This document shows positions 1 through 9,391 of a stretch of DNA of 64,000 nt, piece after piece. The translations under genes were made by a program, and so were the position numbers. The notes under the pieces were generated by a model. It did not search any database. It saw only the letters and a program-made list of their open reading frames with translations, and was not told the DNA's origin. The stretch lies in contig JBGATF010000005.1 in NCBI GenBank assembly GCA_044229355.1, positions 309,161-373,160 on the forward strand, written 5' to 3'. Positions within the stretch are counted from its first letter, which is position 1. Every line of letters starts with the position of its first letter. The DNA is from Limisphaerales bacterium. Its GTDB lineage: Bacteria > Verrucomicrobiota > Verrucomicrobiia > Limisphaerales > JADJPG01.

Positions 1-2546
1 CGCCAGCTGGTGGCGCTCTTGGTCACGAGCGGCGTATAGAGGCTCACGCCCGCCAGGCCCACGAAGTCCGCACTCGCAAAATTCGGCCCGACCGTCACGG
101 GGTTGGAAAAGTACGGCCGCACGAACGAGAGCGACCCGGCGATCCGCTCCGCAGCGCTGACGTCGTAGGTTCCCGCTGCGAGCCCGGGAATGACAAAACT
201 GCCATCGGAATCACTGGACACGGAACGTGTCGCCGGGCCGGTGGCGGTGACGGTGATCCCCGACAGCGGGCGATTCTGGTTGTCGACGACATGGCCGCTG
301 ATGCGATAGACGGACGGCGTGCCGACGCGGACAACGATCGACTGCTGCGCGGTGCCGCCGCGCATGTCGCTGACCACACATCGGGCCGTGTACTCGCCCG
401 CACTGGTGAAGCTCGCGATCTGGACCGGGCTGTTGTCCATGGAAACGTGAGCGGTGCTGTCGCTGAACTCCCAGAAATAAGCGAGGGGATCGCCGTTGGC
501 ATCGGACGCGGTGGCCGTAAACGTGACGGGCTCGCCAATGGCCACCTCGGTGGCGCTGGCGGCGACGATGGCCGTCGGGGGCAAGTTGCCTGCCTGCGAG
601 CCAACCTGGATGACGACATCCATGGATTCGGGATAGGTGTGGCCTTTGCCCACGGGTGTGATGTGCACTCCGGACGCGGTGTCGCTGTAGGTGCGTCCGA
701 TGACGATGGCCGAGTCGTCCTTGCCGGAAGCGGAGCCGGGCGTCGTGTCGATCAGCTGGCTGCTCCAGCTGCCGGGGCTGCCCCAGCGCAGCCCGACGCC
801 ATTCATCAGCCAGGCATTGCCCGAGTAGAGCTGACGAAACTCCACAAAGTATTCGAGACTCCCGTCCTTCGCCACGCGCAGGCCGCGCAGGCCGGTGGCG
901 TTCGGCTGATCGTGGGCATAAATGCGGAACGTCCCCGGACTCGTAACCAGCGGAAAATCCGCGTCCGGGATCCACCCAATGCGCCATTTGAACTTGCTCA
1001 CGTAATGCCCGGCGGCAGTCCCGCTCGCGCTGCCGCTGCCCATCACGTCAAAGGGGTCTCCATATTCTTCGTTGTCGCCCGTGCCGATGGCCGTCAGGCC
1101 GGCCGTGTTCCAAAAATTCGCGTGCGGGTTGCCGAGATTATGTCCCATCTCGTGAGACGTGATGCTGGTGGATGCCCCCACCACCCACGCGCCGGGTGCG
1201 CCCACAAAGCCCAGGCCGCCAAAGTCAAACGCCGGCCGGCCCGAGCCGCTGTAGATCACGTCAAAATCGTATTTCGACAAGTCGATGCCCTGCGCCGTGG
1301 CCTGGTTTCGCACCGCGGTGCGGAAGCCGCCCGAGTCGCCATCGTAGGTGGCCGCCGGCACGCCCAGGGTGACCTGGACGATTTCAGAGCCCTTGCCCAA
1401 TGCCGCCAGCTCGGTCTTTCCGTAGGAGTTTTGGCGCCAGAACAGGTCCACCCCCGCATGGACGGAGACGAGCTGGTTGGAAGTGATCTCCGGGGTGGGG
1501 ATGTCGGAAAATGCCACGCGAATCATCACGACCCGCTTGCGCCCCTCGGTGTACGGCGACGCCAGAACGCCGCCGTCGCCAAGAAATCCGGTGCCGGGCT
1601 GGCTGGCAGCGAGCAGCAGTTGTGCGTTGAGAACTTCAGCGTGGGCAAATCGGCAAATCCAGGTGATCCGGCCTCCCACTTCCACCGGCGCAGGTTCCGG
1701 AGCGGCGACGACGCGCTCGGCGGAAACCCCGCAGATCGCGTCCCGGGCCCCGTCGCGACTCAAGCGCCGGATTTCGACCGGCTCGAGCAAACGGACCGGG
1801 TCACCGACCGCGGCCACGTTGTCAACGGCGACGCCATTGACGGGAAGTTGGCGTTGGCTCGGATGGTCGAGGCGGGCGCCATAAACGAATGCTCGGTACT
1901 CGGCGCCAGCGAGTGAAAGCGTGCGCCGCGTGGCCACGAAGCCGTCCGGCACAGCGGAGGACGCGGGATAGGCCGACATCACGGTCAGATCTCCCCGCCC
2001 GCCGAGGCGGCTTTCCAGCAGGTCATTGACCGCGCTGGGCAGCGACTCGCGAACAGCCAGCGGCACGGCAAGGTCGAGCGCCCGGCGGGGATCGCCCTGG
2101 ATCAAGTTCCGCATCGCGTCCCGCCGCTCGGCGGCGAGCTGTTTGCCTTCGGCGGCAATTGCGGGAAGGTCGCCGGCGTTGGCTTGGCGCGCGTCCGCAT
2201 AGCGCCTGGTCCAATCACGAAATCGGCCGAACGGCGAATCGGCCGGCGCTGAATCCCAGCCCGAGCCGAGAACGCGCAGCGAGCCCTGGCCCAGCGTCGA
2301 CTCTGCCGTTGAACCCGGATCGTTGGGAGGAACGGTCGCAGACGCCGGCCTGGACGTGCCGTCTGAATTCCCCCCGGCCGTTGCCGGGGCCGCGACTGCC
2401 GCCACGGATGGCGCGTGCTCCTGGGTCGATGTCCCGGATGCAGCTCCCTCTTCGAGACGTGGCTCCGTCGACTTGAGGTGAGCGAGGTGGAAGATGGTGG
2501 CCGCCAGCAGGCCGACACCGGAGATCAGGGCAAGACGAATACGCAT
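1..2546 (-). CDS. Secreted M11 (gametolysin)-like metzincin metallopeptidase with PKD and carboxypeptidase-regulatory-like domains; 3' end runs off the window
   Basis: Absent from the ORF track because it has no stop in the window. Manual translation from ATG 2546 gives MRIRLALISGVGLLAATIFH (signal/anchor), HEMGHNLGNPH (HExxHxxGxxH), EEYGDPFDVMG (Met-turn), VTFTATASDANGDPLAYFWEF (PKD) and ISGHVVD...SDSDGSFVIPGLAAGTYDV. The frame stays open to base 1. Confidence 0.85.
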   Translation of the reverse strand, partial: MRIRLALISGVGLLAATIFHLAHLKSTEPRLEEGAASGTSTQEHAPSVAAVAAPATAGGNSDGTSRPASATVPPNDPGSTAESTLGQGSLRVLGSGWDSAPADSPFGRFRDWTRRYADARQANAGDLPAIAAEGKQLAAERRDAMRNLIQGDPRRALDLAVPLAVRESLPSAVNDLLESRLGGRGDLTVMSAYPASSAVPDGFVATRRTLSLAGAEYRAFVYGARLDHPSQRQLPVNGVAVDNVAAVGDPVRLLEPVEIRRLSRDGARDAICGVSAERVVAAPEPAPVEVGGRITWICRFAHAEVLNAQLLLAASQPGTGFLGDGGVLASPYTEGRKRVVMIRVAFSDIPTPEITSNQLVSVHAGVDLFWRQNSYGKTELAALGKGSEIVQVTLGVPAATYDGDSGGFRTAVRNQATAQGIDLSKYDFDVIYSGSGRPAFDFGGLGFVGAPGAWVVGASTSITSHEMGHNLGNPHANFWNTAGLTAIGTGDNEEYGDPFDVMGSGSASGTAAGHYVSKFKWRIGWIPDADFPLVTSPGTFRIYAHDQPNATGLRGLRVAKDGSLEYFVEFRQLYSGNAWLMNGVGLRWGSPGSWSSQLIDTTPGSASGKDDSAIVIGRTYSDTASGVHITPVGKGHTYPESMDVVIQVGSQAGNLPPTAIVAASATEVAIGEPVTFTATASDANGDPLAYFWEFSDSTAHVSMDNSPVQIASFTSAGEYTARCVVSDMRGGTAQQSIVVRVGTPSVYRISGHVVDNQNRPLSGITVTATGPATRSVSSDSDGSFVIPGLAAGTYDVSAAERIAGSLSFVRPYFSNPVTVGPNFASADFVGLAGVSLYTPLVTKSATSW

Positions 2547-2769
2547 ACAATGGGTCACGAGAACGGGAATCTTCTACCTCAGAACCGCCTGGATCACAAC
2601 CCCAAGATTCTCCGCCCAAGCAGCTTTTGTGTCGCCCGCGCCACGGCGATGTGACGATTGGGCCACGCGCCGCGGCCGCCCTGCCAGCCCCGGTCTGTAA
2701 CCATTCGGGCCGGGTGCACAAGTAGGAACTGACGACCGGCGCCAGGCGCGGGTCTTGACCTGAAAATCC

Positions 2770-5430
2770 ATGAAAGCGTTGCCCATCCTTCTCGCGTTCG
2801 CCGCCGTGTCCTCCCTCCCCTGGACAACCCGCTCGGCGGAAATCGTGCCACCTCCCGCGGGCACCAATCTCATCCGCGGCGTCGTGCAGTTCACCAATGT
2901 GGACCCGGACATCCTGGCCCGGCTGGGCCCCCCGGGCGAGGAGGGGTTGGGGAGCCTGACTGTCTTCGCCTACACGGACCCACCGGACTCGCTCCAGGCT
3001 ACGAAAAATCTCACGGCTGCCGATCCACTGAGCGTGCCCTACGAGCTCACGGTCGCGGCCGATGACCAAGCGAGAGCCTATCATCTCTACGCCTACCTGG
3101 TCATGGACGGCGACACCGAGGAATATTGGACCAGCCCGGTCCTGGCGTCGGACCTCACCAGCAACTCGCCGCCAGCGACCGTCAACCTCGAGGAATGCGT
3201 CGCGTTGGTCGAAATCCAGTATCAAAGAGCCGATGGCACCCCGGTCGCTGCCAGCGGCGGGCGCGCCAATGTTTACCAGATGGATCCGCCGGCGGGCCTG
3301 CGCGCGCGCTACGGCACCCAACCGCCTGGCCGGACGGGCAATTACCTCGTCGTCCCGGCTGGGGTGGAATTACTGCTCGAGGTGGAAGTGGACAGCGGTT
3401 CCGACGCCTACGCGGACCGCGTGACGCATCGGGAGTCATTCCTGCGGACTTTTGGGTGTGACGAAAAGCCCGTGTTGATCCTGACTATCCCGGAGCCGGA
3501 GGCGTTGGGGCAGATCGTCGGCAATCTCAATCTGGTCGGCGAGCTGGAGCTGCCGACGGATGGCTACCTCGAGCTGCTGGGCCGGCCGGTGATGCGGGCC
3601 GCCGGGCCGCTCGGGAATAAACGACTGGCGGATCCCGGCGCAGAATGGCCCGGGCCCGATGCGGTGCGCACGTTCGCGCTCGCGGGCTTGGTGCCGTCGT
3701 CTCCGTCCGAGACCTGGAGCGTGGCCGGCGAGATCCAGTTTGGCCTGGGCGATCGCTTCGAATACTTCCGCACGCCCGCCCTCGGCGAAGGCACGAACAA
3801 TCCCGGGGTCATTGTCACGGCCGGAAATTCCACGGACGTGGGCGACTCCTTCGTGATGACGCCGTCCCGGCTGACGGGGACCATTACGCTGACCGGGCCG
3901 CCCGAGTTGGACGGACGGCAATCCGGCTTGCGCGGCCTGGTGCGCGCTGGCGATTACGATCCGAATTCGGACGGAATTCCGGACGGCGTGGGACCCGTAG
4001 GCATTGGGGGCAGTTATGTCTACGCCCGGGGCGTGGATGAGCTGGCGGTCGGGTCCAGTCTCTCGACGGCGGGCGGCCAGGCCCTGGCTTCCTTTGCGGG
4101 GGGCTTCGACGGAGGCTCGTCAGCTTTTGCGGGGGATTACGTTGTGACCGTAGGGGCATTGAACGACGAGCCCGGCATTTGGAAACTGGACGGGATCAAC
4201 CTGGCGATCGAACATCCCGGAACCAACAACGCCCCATTGGTCAGCGAATCGATCTACATCACCGAAGACGAACTCTGGCAGGGACCGTTGCTGCCGGGCG
4301 AGACTGTCCGTCAAGACCTGCGATACGGCATGGCCGAAGTCTGTCTGCGTTTGCGATCCCCGGCGCCGTTCTTCTATCCGCGGGTGGTGGGCAGTCTCGG
4401 TGCGTTCAACGGCATCGATTGGGAGGGGCGACCGCGCTCCTACCAATCCTACCTGAGTCTGGCCTCCGCCCCGCCGTATGCCGGGGGCGGCACGACGATG
4501 GACGCGACGATCTCCATGTATTTGCCGGAAGGTACGTATCGCTTGCAGCCGGCGATCAGCGTGCCGGATGCCGACGGCGGGGTGTCGGAGGTGCAGTTGC
4601 CTCCGGTGGACGTCACGGTCGCCGCGCGGGAACAGGTGTGCCTGGATGAATGCCTGCAGATTGTCCTGACGCCGCCCTTCTGCGCCACGAACTCGGGCTT
4701 CGTGGCTTTCGCGGAAGCGTTCTCGTGCGATTCGACCCTGACCAACCTGAGCTTGACCAGCCGGTCGCTGGATTTTCCGGGCATCCGCCTCGGCTACTCC
4801 GACATTCGAATTCTGGCGCCGGTGGGAACGCCGCGGGCGACGCTCAAGACCGGGCACGCCTTGTTCCCGGAGTTCGATTATCCAGGGCACCCGGAATACT
4901 ACTCGAACATCGTTTGGACGGCCGAAGCTCGCGACACCCGGGGTCGGATCGCCACCCGCCAATTTATCGGTCGGTATCCTTTCGCCACGCCGCCGCTGAA
5001 CTGTCCCGATATCAGCGTCCGGTCGGCCAATGGCGTGGACGCCCCCGTGGAGTTCGGGTTGGTTGCGCCGGATGGCGGATCTCTGAACTGCATCCCGCCG
5101 AGCGGAAGTGCATTCCCGGTGGGAGTGACGCCCGTGACCTGCGTGATTCGGGACGTGTGCCGCAATACCAACACGTGCACGTTTCAGGTCACGGTCTCGC
5201 CGTCAACGGGCGGGTGCGATGAACCAGCATTGCGGATCCTGCCAGCTCCCGTTTCGGCGGGCGGCAGCCCCGCACTCACGCTCACTTGGGACTGCGGAGT
5301 TTTGCAGAGCGCCCCGGATCTGGAAGGCCCGTGGGCCACGGTTCCGTCCGCGACCAGTCCCTGGACGATTTCGGCCGATGCCGACCGACGATTCTACCGG
5401 GTTTGTTTGGCCGCGGTGTGCCCGGAGTAA
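2770..5430 (+). CDS. Secreted beta-rich protein with a HYR domain and C-terminal RFYRV domain
   Basis: Signal peptide MKALPILLAFAAVSS; HYR-like CIPPSGSAFPVGVTPVTCVIRDVCRNTNTCTFQVTV; tail LTLTW..LQSAPDLEGPW...RRFYRV. Confidence 0.8.
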   Translation: MKALPILLAFAAVSSLPWTTRSAEIVPPPAGTNLIRGVVQFTNVDPDILARLGPPGEEGLGSLTVFAYTDPPDSLQATKNLTAADPLSVPYELTVAADDQARAYHLYAYLVMDGDTEEYWTSPVLASDLTSNSPPATVNLEECVALVEIQYQRADGTPVAASGGRANVYQMDPPAGLRARYGTQPPGRTGNYLVVPAGVELLLEVEVDSGSDAYADRVTHRESFLRTFGCDEKPVLILTIPEPEALGQIVGNLNLVGELELPTDGYLELLGRPVMRAAGPLGNKRLADPGAEWPGPDAVRTFALAGLVPSSPSETWSVAGEIQFGLGDRFEYFRTPALGEGTNNPGVIVTAGNSTDVGDSFVMTPSRLTGTITLTGPPELDGRQSGLRGLVRAGDYDPNSDGIPDGVGPVGIGGSYVYARGVDELAVGSSLSTAGGQALASFAGGFDGGSSAFAGDYVVTVGALNDEPGIWKLDGINLAIEHPGTNNAPLVSESIYITEDELWQGPLLPGETVRQDLRYGMAEVCLRLRSPAPFFYPRVVGSLGAFNGIDWEGRPRSYQSYLSLASAPPYAGGGTTMDATISMYLPEGTYRLQPAISVPDADGGVSEVQLPPVDVTVAAREQVCLDECLQIVLTPPFCATNSGFVAFAEAFSCDSTLTNLSLTSRSLDFPGIRLGYSDIRILAPVGTPRATLKTGHALFPEFDYPGHPEYYSNIVWTAEARDTRGRIATRQFIGRYPFATPPLNCPDISVRSANGVDAPVEFGLVAPDGGSLNCIPPSGSAFPVGVTPVTCVIRDVCRNTNTCTFQVTVSPSTGGCDEPALRILPAPVSAGGSPALTLTWDCGVLQSAPDLEGPWATVPSATSPWTISADADRRFYRVCLAAVCPE

Positions 5431-5581
5431 CGCCGGCGTCATCGGGGGCAGATGACGCGCCGCCGTGCGTCGTCGACTCGGTGCGCGGTGCGGATGAGGG
5501 GATGAAGGCGAAGGCGTCTCCCGGCCTGCGCGCCCGAGCCGGACGCCACGGGTGCGCTTGGACGTGGCGGTCACTTCTGTC

Positions 5582-5699
5582 CCGGAGCGCGGGCGTCCGG
5601 CCCGCAGCGGCACGTTTCGAAGGCGCGGCCCGAAGATTCGTTGACGCGTCGCCAAGTCTACCCGCTGCGGATCCCGCGATGGCGGGATCCGCGGCCCGA
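5582..5699. repeat. REP/MITE-like palindromic element, family A
   Basis: Left arm GGAGCGCGGGCGTCCGGCCCGCAGCGG; right arm CCGCTGCGGATCCCGCGATGGCGGGATCCGCGGCCC closely matches 37546-37582. Confidence 0.7.
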
Positions 5700-5783
5700 A
5701 TGTTCAGGTGATCGCCATTTCCGAACGCACACCTGCGCCACCTGGACTTTGACACCTTGGATCGGCGTGCGCATAGTGGGCTA

Positions 5784-7169
5784 ATGTTGCATCGCACGCT
5801 CAGGTTGGTGGGGGTGGCTGTGCTCACGGCGGGAGTGGTGTCCGGGGCGGAAACGATCGACGCCGCGTCCCCTGCGCCTGGTCCGTCTGCGGGCGATTGG
5901 CCCCAGTGGCGCGGGCCTCTCGCCAACGGAGTGGCGCCGAACGCCGACCCGCCCTTGTCCTGGAGTGAAACGAACCACGTGCGATGGAAGCTGGCGTTGC
6001 CCGGCAAAGGTCATTCCACTCCGATCATCACGGGCGATCGGGTCTACCTGACCACCGCCATTCCGGTGGGCCCGGCCCGGGAGCCGGTTTATGACCACGC
6101 GCCGGGGACGCACGACAACGTGGGCGTGACGCACCGACACCAATTCGCGTTGCTGGCGGTCGATCGCGCAACTGGGCGTGTGACCTGGCAGAAAATACTG
6201 CGGGAGGAATTTCCCCATGAGGGCGGGCACGAGACGGGCAGTCTCGCCTCGAACTCGCCGGTGACGGATGGCCGCCGGGTCTACGCCTTTTTCGGATCGC
6301 ATGGGTTGTATTGCCTGGATCGCGACGGGACCGTCGTGTGGAGCAGGGATCTGGGGCGGATGGATACGCTGCACGCGCACGGGGAGGGCAGTTCGCCGGC
6401 CTTGCAGGATGGGGCGCTGGTGATCTGTTGGGATCATGAAGGTCAGTCCGCGTTGTACCGTTTCGACGCCCCGACCGGCCGCGAGCGGTGGAAGGTTCTG
6501 CGCGATGAAAAGACGTCGTGGTCGACTCCCTTGATTGTCGCGCAGGGAGGGCGCACTCAGGTGGTCGTCAGCGCCACCCAAAAGGTACGGGGCTACGATT
6601 TCGAGAGCGGCGCGCTGCTGTGGGAATGCGCCGGCTTGTCCCGCAACGTCGTGTCGTCGCCCGTGGCCGGGCACGGCATGGTTTTCGCCGGGAACAGTTA
6701 CGACTGGCAGGCGATGCTGGCCATCCGGCTCGAAGGCGCGAAGGGCGAGATCACCGGAACGGATCGCGTCGCCTGGAAATTGAACCGCCTGACTCCGTAC
6801 GTTTCGTCGCCGCTGCTCTACGGCGACACGCTCTATTTCCTGCGCCACAACCAGAACATCCTCTCCCGGCTGGATCCCATCACCGGCCAGCCGCGGGGCG
6901 AGCCGCTTCGCCTGGGCGACCTGCGCGATTTCATTTTTGCGTCTCCGGTTGGCGCCGCCGGGCGCATCTACGTGACCGGCCGGGACGGCGTTACCGTTGT
7001 TTTGCGCCACGACCGGGAAAACGCCGTGATCGCCGTGAACAAACTCGACGACGTCTTCAGCGCATCGCCGGCCTTGGCCGGGAGAGATCTGGTGCTGCGC
7101 GGCGAGAAGAGCCTCTACTGCATTTCGGAAGCCGCGCCGGCCGTTGGTCCTGGAGCCGGGGGCCGGTGA
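5784..7169 (+). CDS. PQQ-binding-like (BamB-like) beta-propeller protein
   Basis: Signal peptide, DWPQWRGP, PGKGHSTP, and repeated SSP...G...W blades; ATG 5784 preferred over TTG 5757. Confidence 0.88.
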   Translation: MLHRTLRLVGVAVLTAGVVSGAETIDAASPAPGPSAGDWPQWRGPLANGVAPNADPPLSWSETNHVRWKLALPGKGHSTPIITGDRVYLTTAIPVGPAREPVYDHAPGTHDNVGVTHRHQFALLAVDRATGRVTWQKILREEFPHEGGHETGSLASNSPVTDGRRVYAFFGSHGLYCLDRDGTVVWSRDLGRMDTLHAHGEGSSPALQDGALVICWDHEGQSALYRFDAPTGRERWKVLRDEKTSWSTPLIVAQGGRTQVVVSATQKVRGYDFESGALLWECAGLSRNVVSSPVAGHGMVFAGNSYDWQAMLAIRLEGAKGEITGTDRVAWKLNRLTPYVSSPLLYGDTLYFLRHNQNILSRLDPITGQPRGEPLRLGDLRDFIFASPVGAAGRIYVTGRDGVTVVLRHDRENAVIAVNKLDDVFSASPALAGRDLVLRGEKSLYCISEAAPAVGPGAGGR

Positions 7170-7346
7170 ACGGGCGCGGGCGTCGGCGATGAGCCGGCCC
7201 GGTTTTGGGTTCCAACCCTACGGTTCCAAAACTACGGCTTTGCAAGCGGACGGGTTTTTGTTAGCCATGATCGCAAGCCGACGGCAGGGGACATCCGGGC
7301 GGCGGTGCGGTAATCCTTCATCACTCACCAAAAGAAAGGGCATGGT

Positions 7347-7505
7347 ATGGCTGGGCAACCACGTCGAACGACACATCGAAGCAGTGCGGGCAAAAAACTT
7401 TATGCGGTCCGGGACAAAACCGGGAAGTTCAAAGACATCCAGACCTTCGAGCGCGCGCATCGCGCGGACCTGGCCCGGAAAAGCAAAACGGAAAAAAAGA
7501 AATGA
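7347..7505 (+). CDS. Small basic hypothetical protein (52 aa)
   Basis: Not in the ORF track (too short). MAGQPRRTTHRSSAGKKLYAVRDKTGKFKDIQTFERAHRADLARKSKTEKKK; purine-rich RBS AAAGAAAGGG upstream; stop overlaps the next start (ATGA). Confidence 0.7.
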   Translation: MAGQPRRTTHRSSAGKKLYAVRDKTGKFKDIQTFERAHRADLARKSKTEKKK

Positions 7506-8305
7506 CTCCAGCCTTGCGGCAGGTGACCCGCGGATTCCGCGGGCGCCTGGTCTTCCTTCTTCTCTGGCTGACGGCAGGGATGGCCGCCGGTGGGTCGAGC
7601 GGCCGCGCGGCGGTGGTGGTGAGCGGTCCGGAAGTCCAGCCCGTGCTGGGCACCAACGCCGTGGTGACCTGGGTCACGGACGCAGCCACCCGCGGCGTGG
7701 TTCGGTATGGCCTCACCCTTGGCGGCCTGGACCAGACGGTCGAGGAAGAGACCGTCCAGGCGAAACATTCCGTGCGGCTGACCGGCCTGCGGCCGGGCTT
7801 GCGCTATCACTACGTGGTTTCCACTGCGCGGGTGCCGCTGGCCACAAATACGTTCGTCATGCCTGGCTTGATGGCGGCCAGCCCGCGCCCGGCGTCTCCG
7901 ACAGCCCCGCCCGAGGTTTCCCCGGCGACAACGCCCAGCCCGGCCCGGGAAGGGCGCGACGCGGTGCGCACGGTCAGCCCGACCCGGGCTCCGCCGACCC
8001 GGCAAACGTGGGGGCAAGTGGCGAGTTTGCAGGATCATTTCGATCGGCACGGAGCAGACTTCGCGGCCAGGGACCCGGATGATTATGCCCGGCAGGCATG
8101 GGAGTTCTTGCAGCGGGCGCGCCGCGAGGGATTGCCGGCCAAAATCGATGACGACGGAGTCGTGCGGATCTTCGACTCCCGGACCGGTGCCTTCGCGGCC
8201 TACAATCGGAACGGCACGACCAAGACGTATTTCAAACCGAACAGCCGGGGTTATTTCGAGCGTCAGCCGGGGCGTCCGATCGACGCGCGGACCTTGAAGT
8301 TTTAA
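7502..8305 (+). CDS. Signal peptide + FN3 (purple-acid-phosphatase N-terminal-like) domain + Pro/Thr linker + polymorphic-toxin-like C-terminal domain
   Basis: FN3 pattern VTWVTD...VRYG...HSVRLTGLRPGLRYHYVV; C-terminus LQDHFDRHGADF...YARQAWEF...RIFDSRTGAFAAYNRNGTTKTYFKP...YFERQ resembles RHS/CDI toxin tips. Confidence 0.75.
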   Translation: MTPALRQVTRGFRGRLVFLLLWLTAGMAAGGSSGRAAVVVSGPEVQPVLGTNAVVTWVTDAATRGVVRYGLTLGGLDQTVEEETVQAKHSVRLTGLRPGLRYHYVVSTARVPLATNTFVMPGLMAASPRPASPTAPPEVSPATTPSPAREGRDAVRTVSPTRAPPTRQTWGQVASLQDHFDRHGADFAARDPDDYARQAWEFLQRARREGLPAKIDDDGVVRIFDSRTGAFAAYNRNGTTKTYFKPNSRGYFERQPGRPIDARTLKF

Positions 8306-8308
8306 GCC

Positions 8309-8584
8309 ATGAAGCACACGTGTCCAGTTTGTCGGTATCCAGGGTTGGCCGAGGCGCCACGAGGGCAATCCGGGGGCGGGTCGTTCGAAATTTGTCCCAG
8401 CTGCGGTTTTCAGTTTGGGGTGACGGATGACGACGAGGGCGTGAGCTATCTGGCCTGGCGTAAGAAGTGGAAGGCGGCCGGCATGCAATGGTTCAGCCGC
8501 AGCCGGCGTGCGCCGGCCGGCTGGGATCCCGTGGCGCAACTGAAGCCGGCTCCGAAAGGGCGACGCAAGGAACGGGGTCCGTAG
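8309..8584 (+). CDS. Cys-rich CPCC-like protein, putative immunity protein
   Basis: CPVC...FEICPSCGFQFGVTDD...WRKKW...GMQW...WDP..QL; starts 3 nt after the toxin-like gene; no signal peptide. Confidence 0.75.
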   Translation: MKHTCPVCRYPGLAEAPRGQSGGGSFEICPSCGFQFGVTDDDEGVSYLAWRKKWKAAGMQWFSRSRRAPAGWDPVAQLKPAPKGRRKERGP

Positions 8585-8877
8585 GCCGGCCGGGCGATCC
8601 AGGAGGTCGTTTGTTCCGGGGGATTGGCGTGGCCAACGGGGGATGGCGCGCCGAAACGGCGTTGGTGGCCTGGAGCCAATTTCGTGCGGGTTGCCTCGAT
8701 TCTGTAGTTGACGCTTCGGCTCTTTTTTGGCAACCGTTGTCGGCGTCAGCGCAAAGAATAGCGGTGCCGGTGTCATAAGACAGATTGTCAGCCAGCCAGA
8801 ACTAGCGACAGATCAGAGATACTGCCAGGGCAGCAACTCCCCACTTAGTTTTTCGAGCGCCAATCCACCTCGGTGTC

Positions 8878-9231
8878 ATGAATGAGTCCCGTCTCTTCGT
8901 AGGAAACCTCGCCTATCAAACCATGGACAACGACCTGCAGGATTATTTTTCCCAGGCCGGCGTTGTCGCGTCCGTGAACGTCATGCTCGACAAGTTCACG
9001 GGTAAATCCCGCGGCTTCGCGTTTGTGGAAATGTCCACGGCCGACGAAGCCAACAAGGCCGTTGAAATGTTCCACAACAAGGAATTTCAAGGCCGCCCGC
9101 TGACCGTGAACATCGCCCGCCCGCGCGAAGAGCGCCCGCCCCGGCAGGGTGGCGGTGGCGGTGGCGGCTATCGTGGAGACCGCGGCGACCGCGGTGACCG
9201 CGGTGACCGTGGTGACCGCGGCCGGTACTAA
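8878..9231 (+). CDS. RRM (RNP-1) RNA-binding protein with Gly/Arg/Asp tail
   Basis: RNP2 LFVGNL, RNP1 RGFAFVEM; tail GGGGGGGY then RGD five times. Confidence 0.95.
   Translation: MNESRLFVGNLAYQTMDNDLQDYFSQAGVVASVNVMLDKFTGKSRGFAFVEMSTADEANKAVEMFHNKEFQGRPLTVNIARPREERPPRQGGGGGGGYRGDRGDRGDRGDRGDRGRY
9172..9225 (+). repeat. 9-bp tandem repeat (CGCGGTGAC-like) encoding RGD units
   Basis: cgtggagac cgcggcgac cgcggtgac cgcggtgac cgtggtgac cgcggc. Confidence 0.85.
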
Positions 9232-9295
9232 TTCCAATTAATTTCGCGCCGGGCCGCTTCCATCCGCGGCCGCACGCGTCCACTCCAGTTTCGCA

Positions 9296-9334
9296 GAGCC
9301 GCCTGGCCAAACCGGCCCGGCGGCTCTTTCGTTT
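9296..9334 (+). terminator. Putative intrinsic terminator after the RRM gene
   Basis: Stem GAGCCGCC...GGCGGCTC followed by TTTCGTTT. Confidence 0.6.
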
Positions 9335-9391
9335 CCCCATCGCCGCAGCCCGGCGGACCGGCCCCGGCCGAATCGGCCGCCCTGGTGTCTG

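Noticed and set aside
291-1916. 541-aa plus-strand ORF
   Set aside because: Antisense shadow of the minus-strand metzincin; no motifs
9172-9225. RGD repeats as integrin-binding motifs
   Set aside because: Cytoplasmic RRM protein; G/R/D tails are usual for this family
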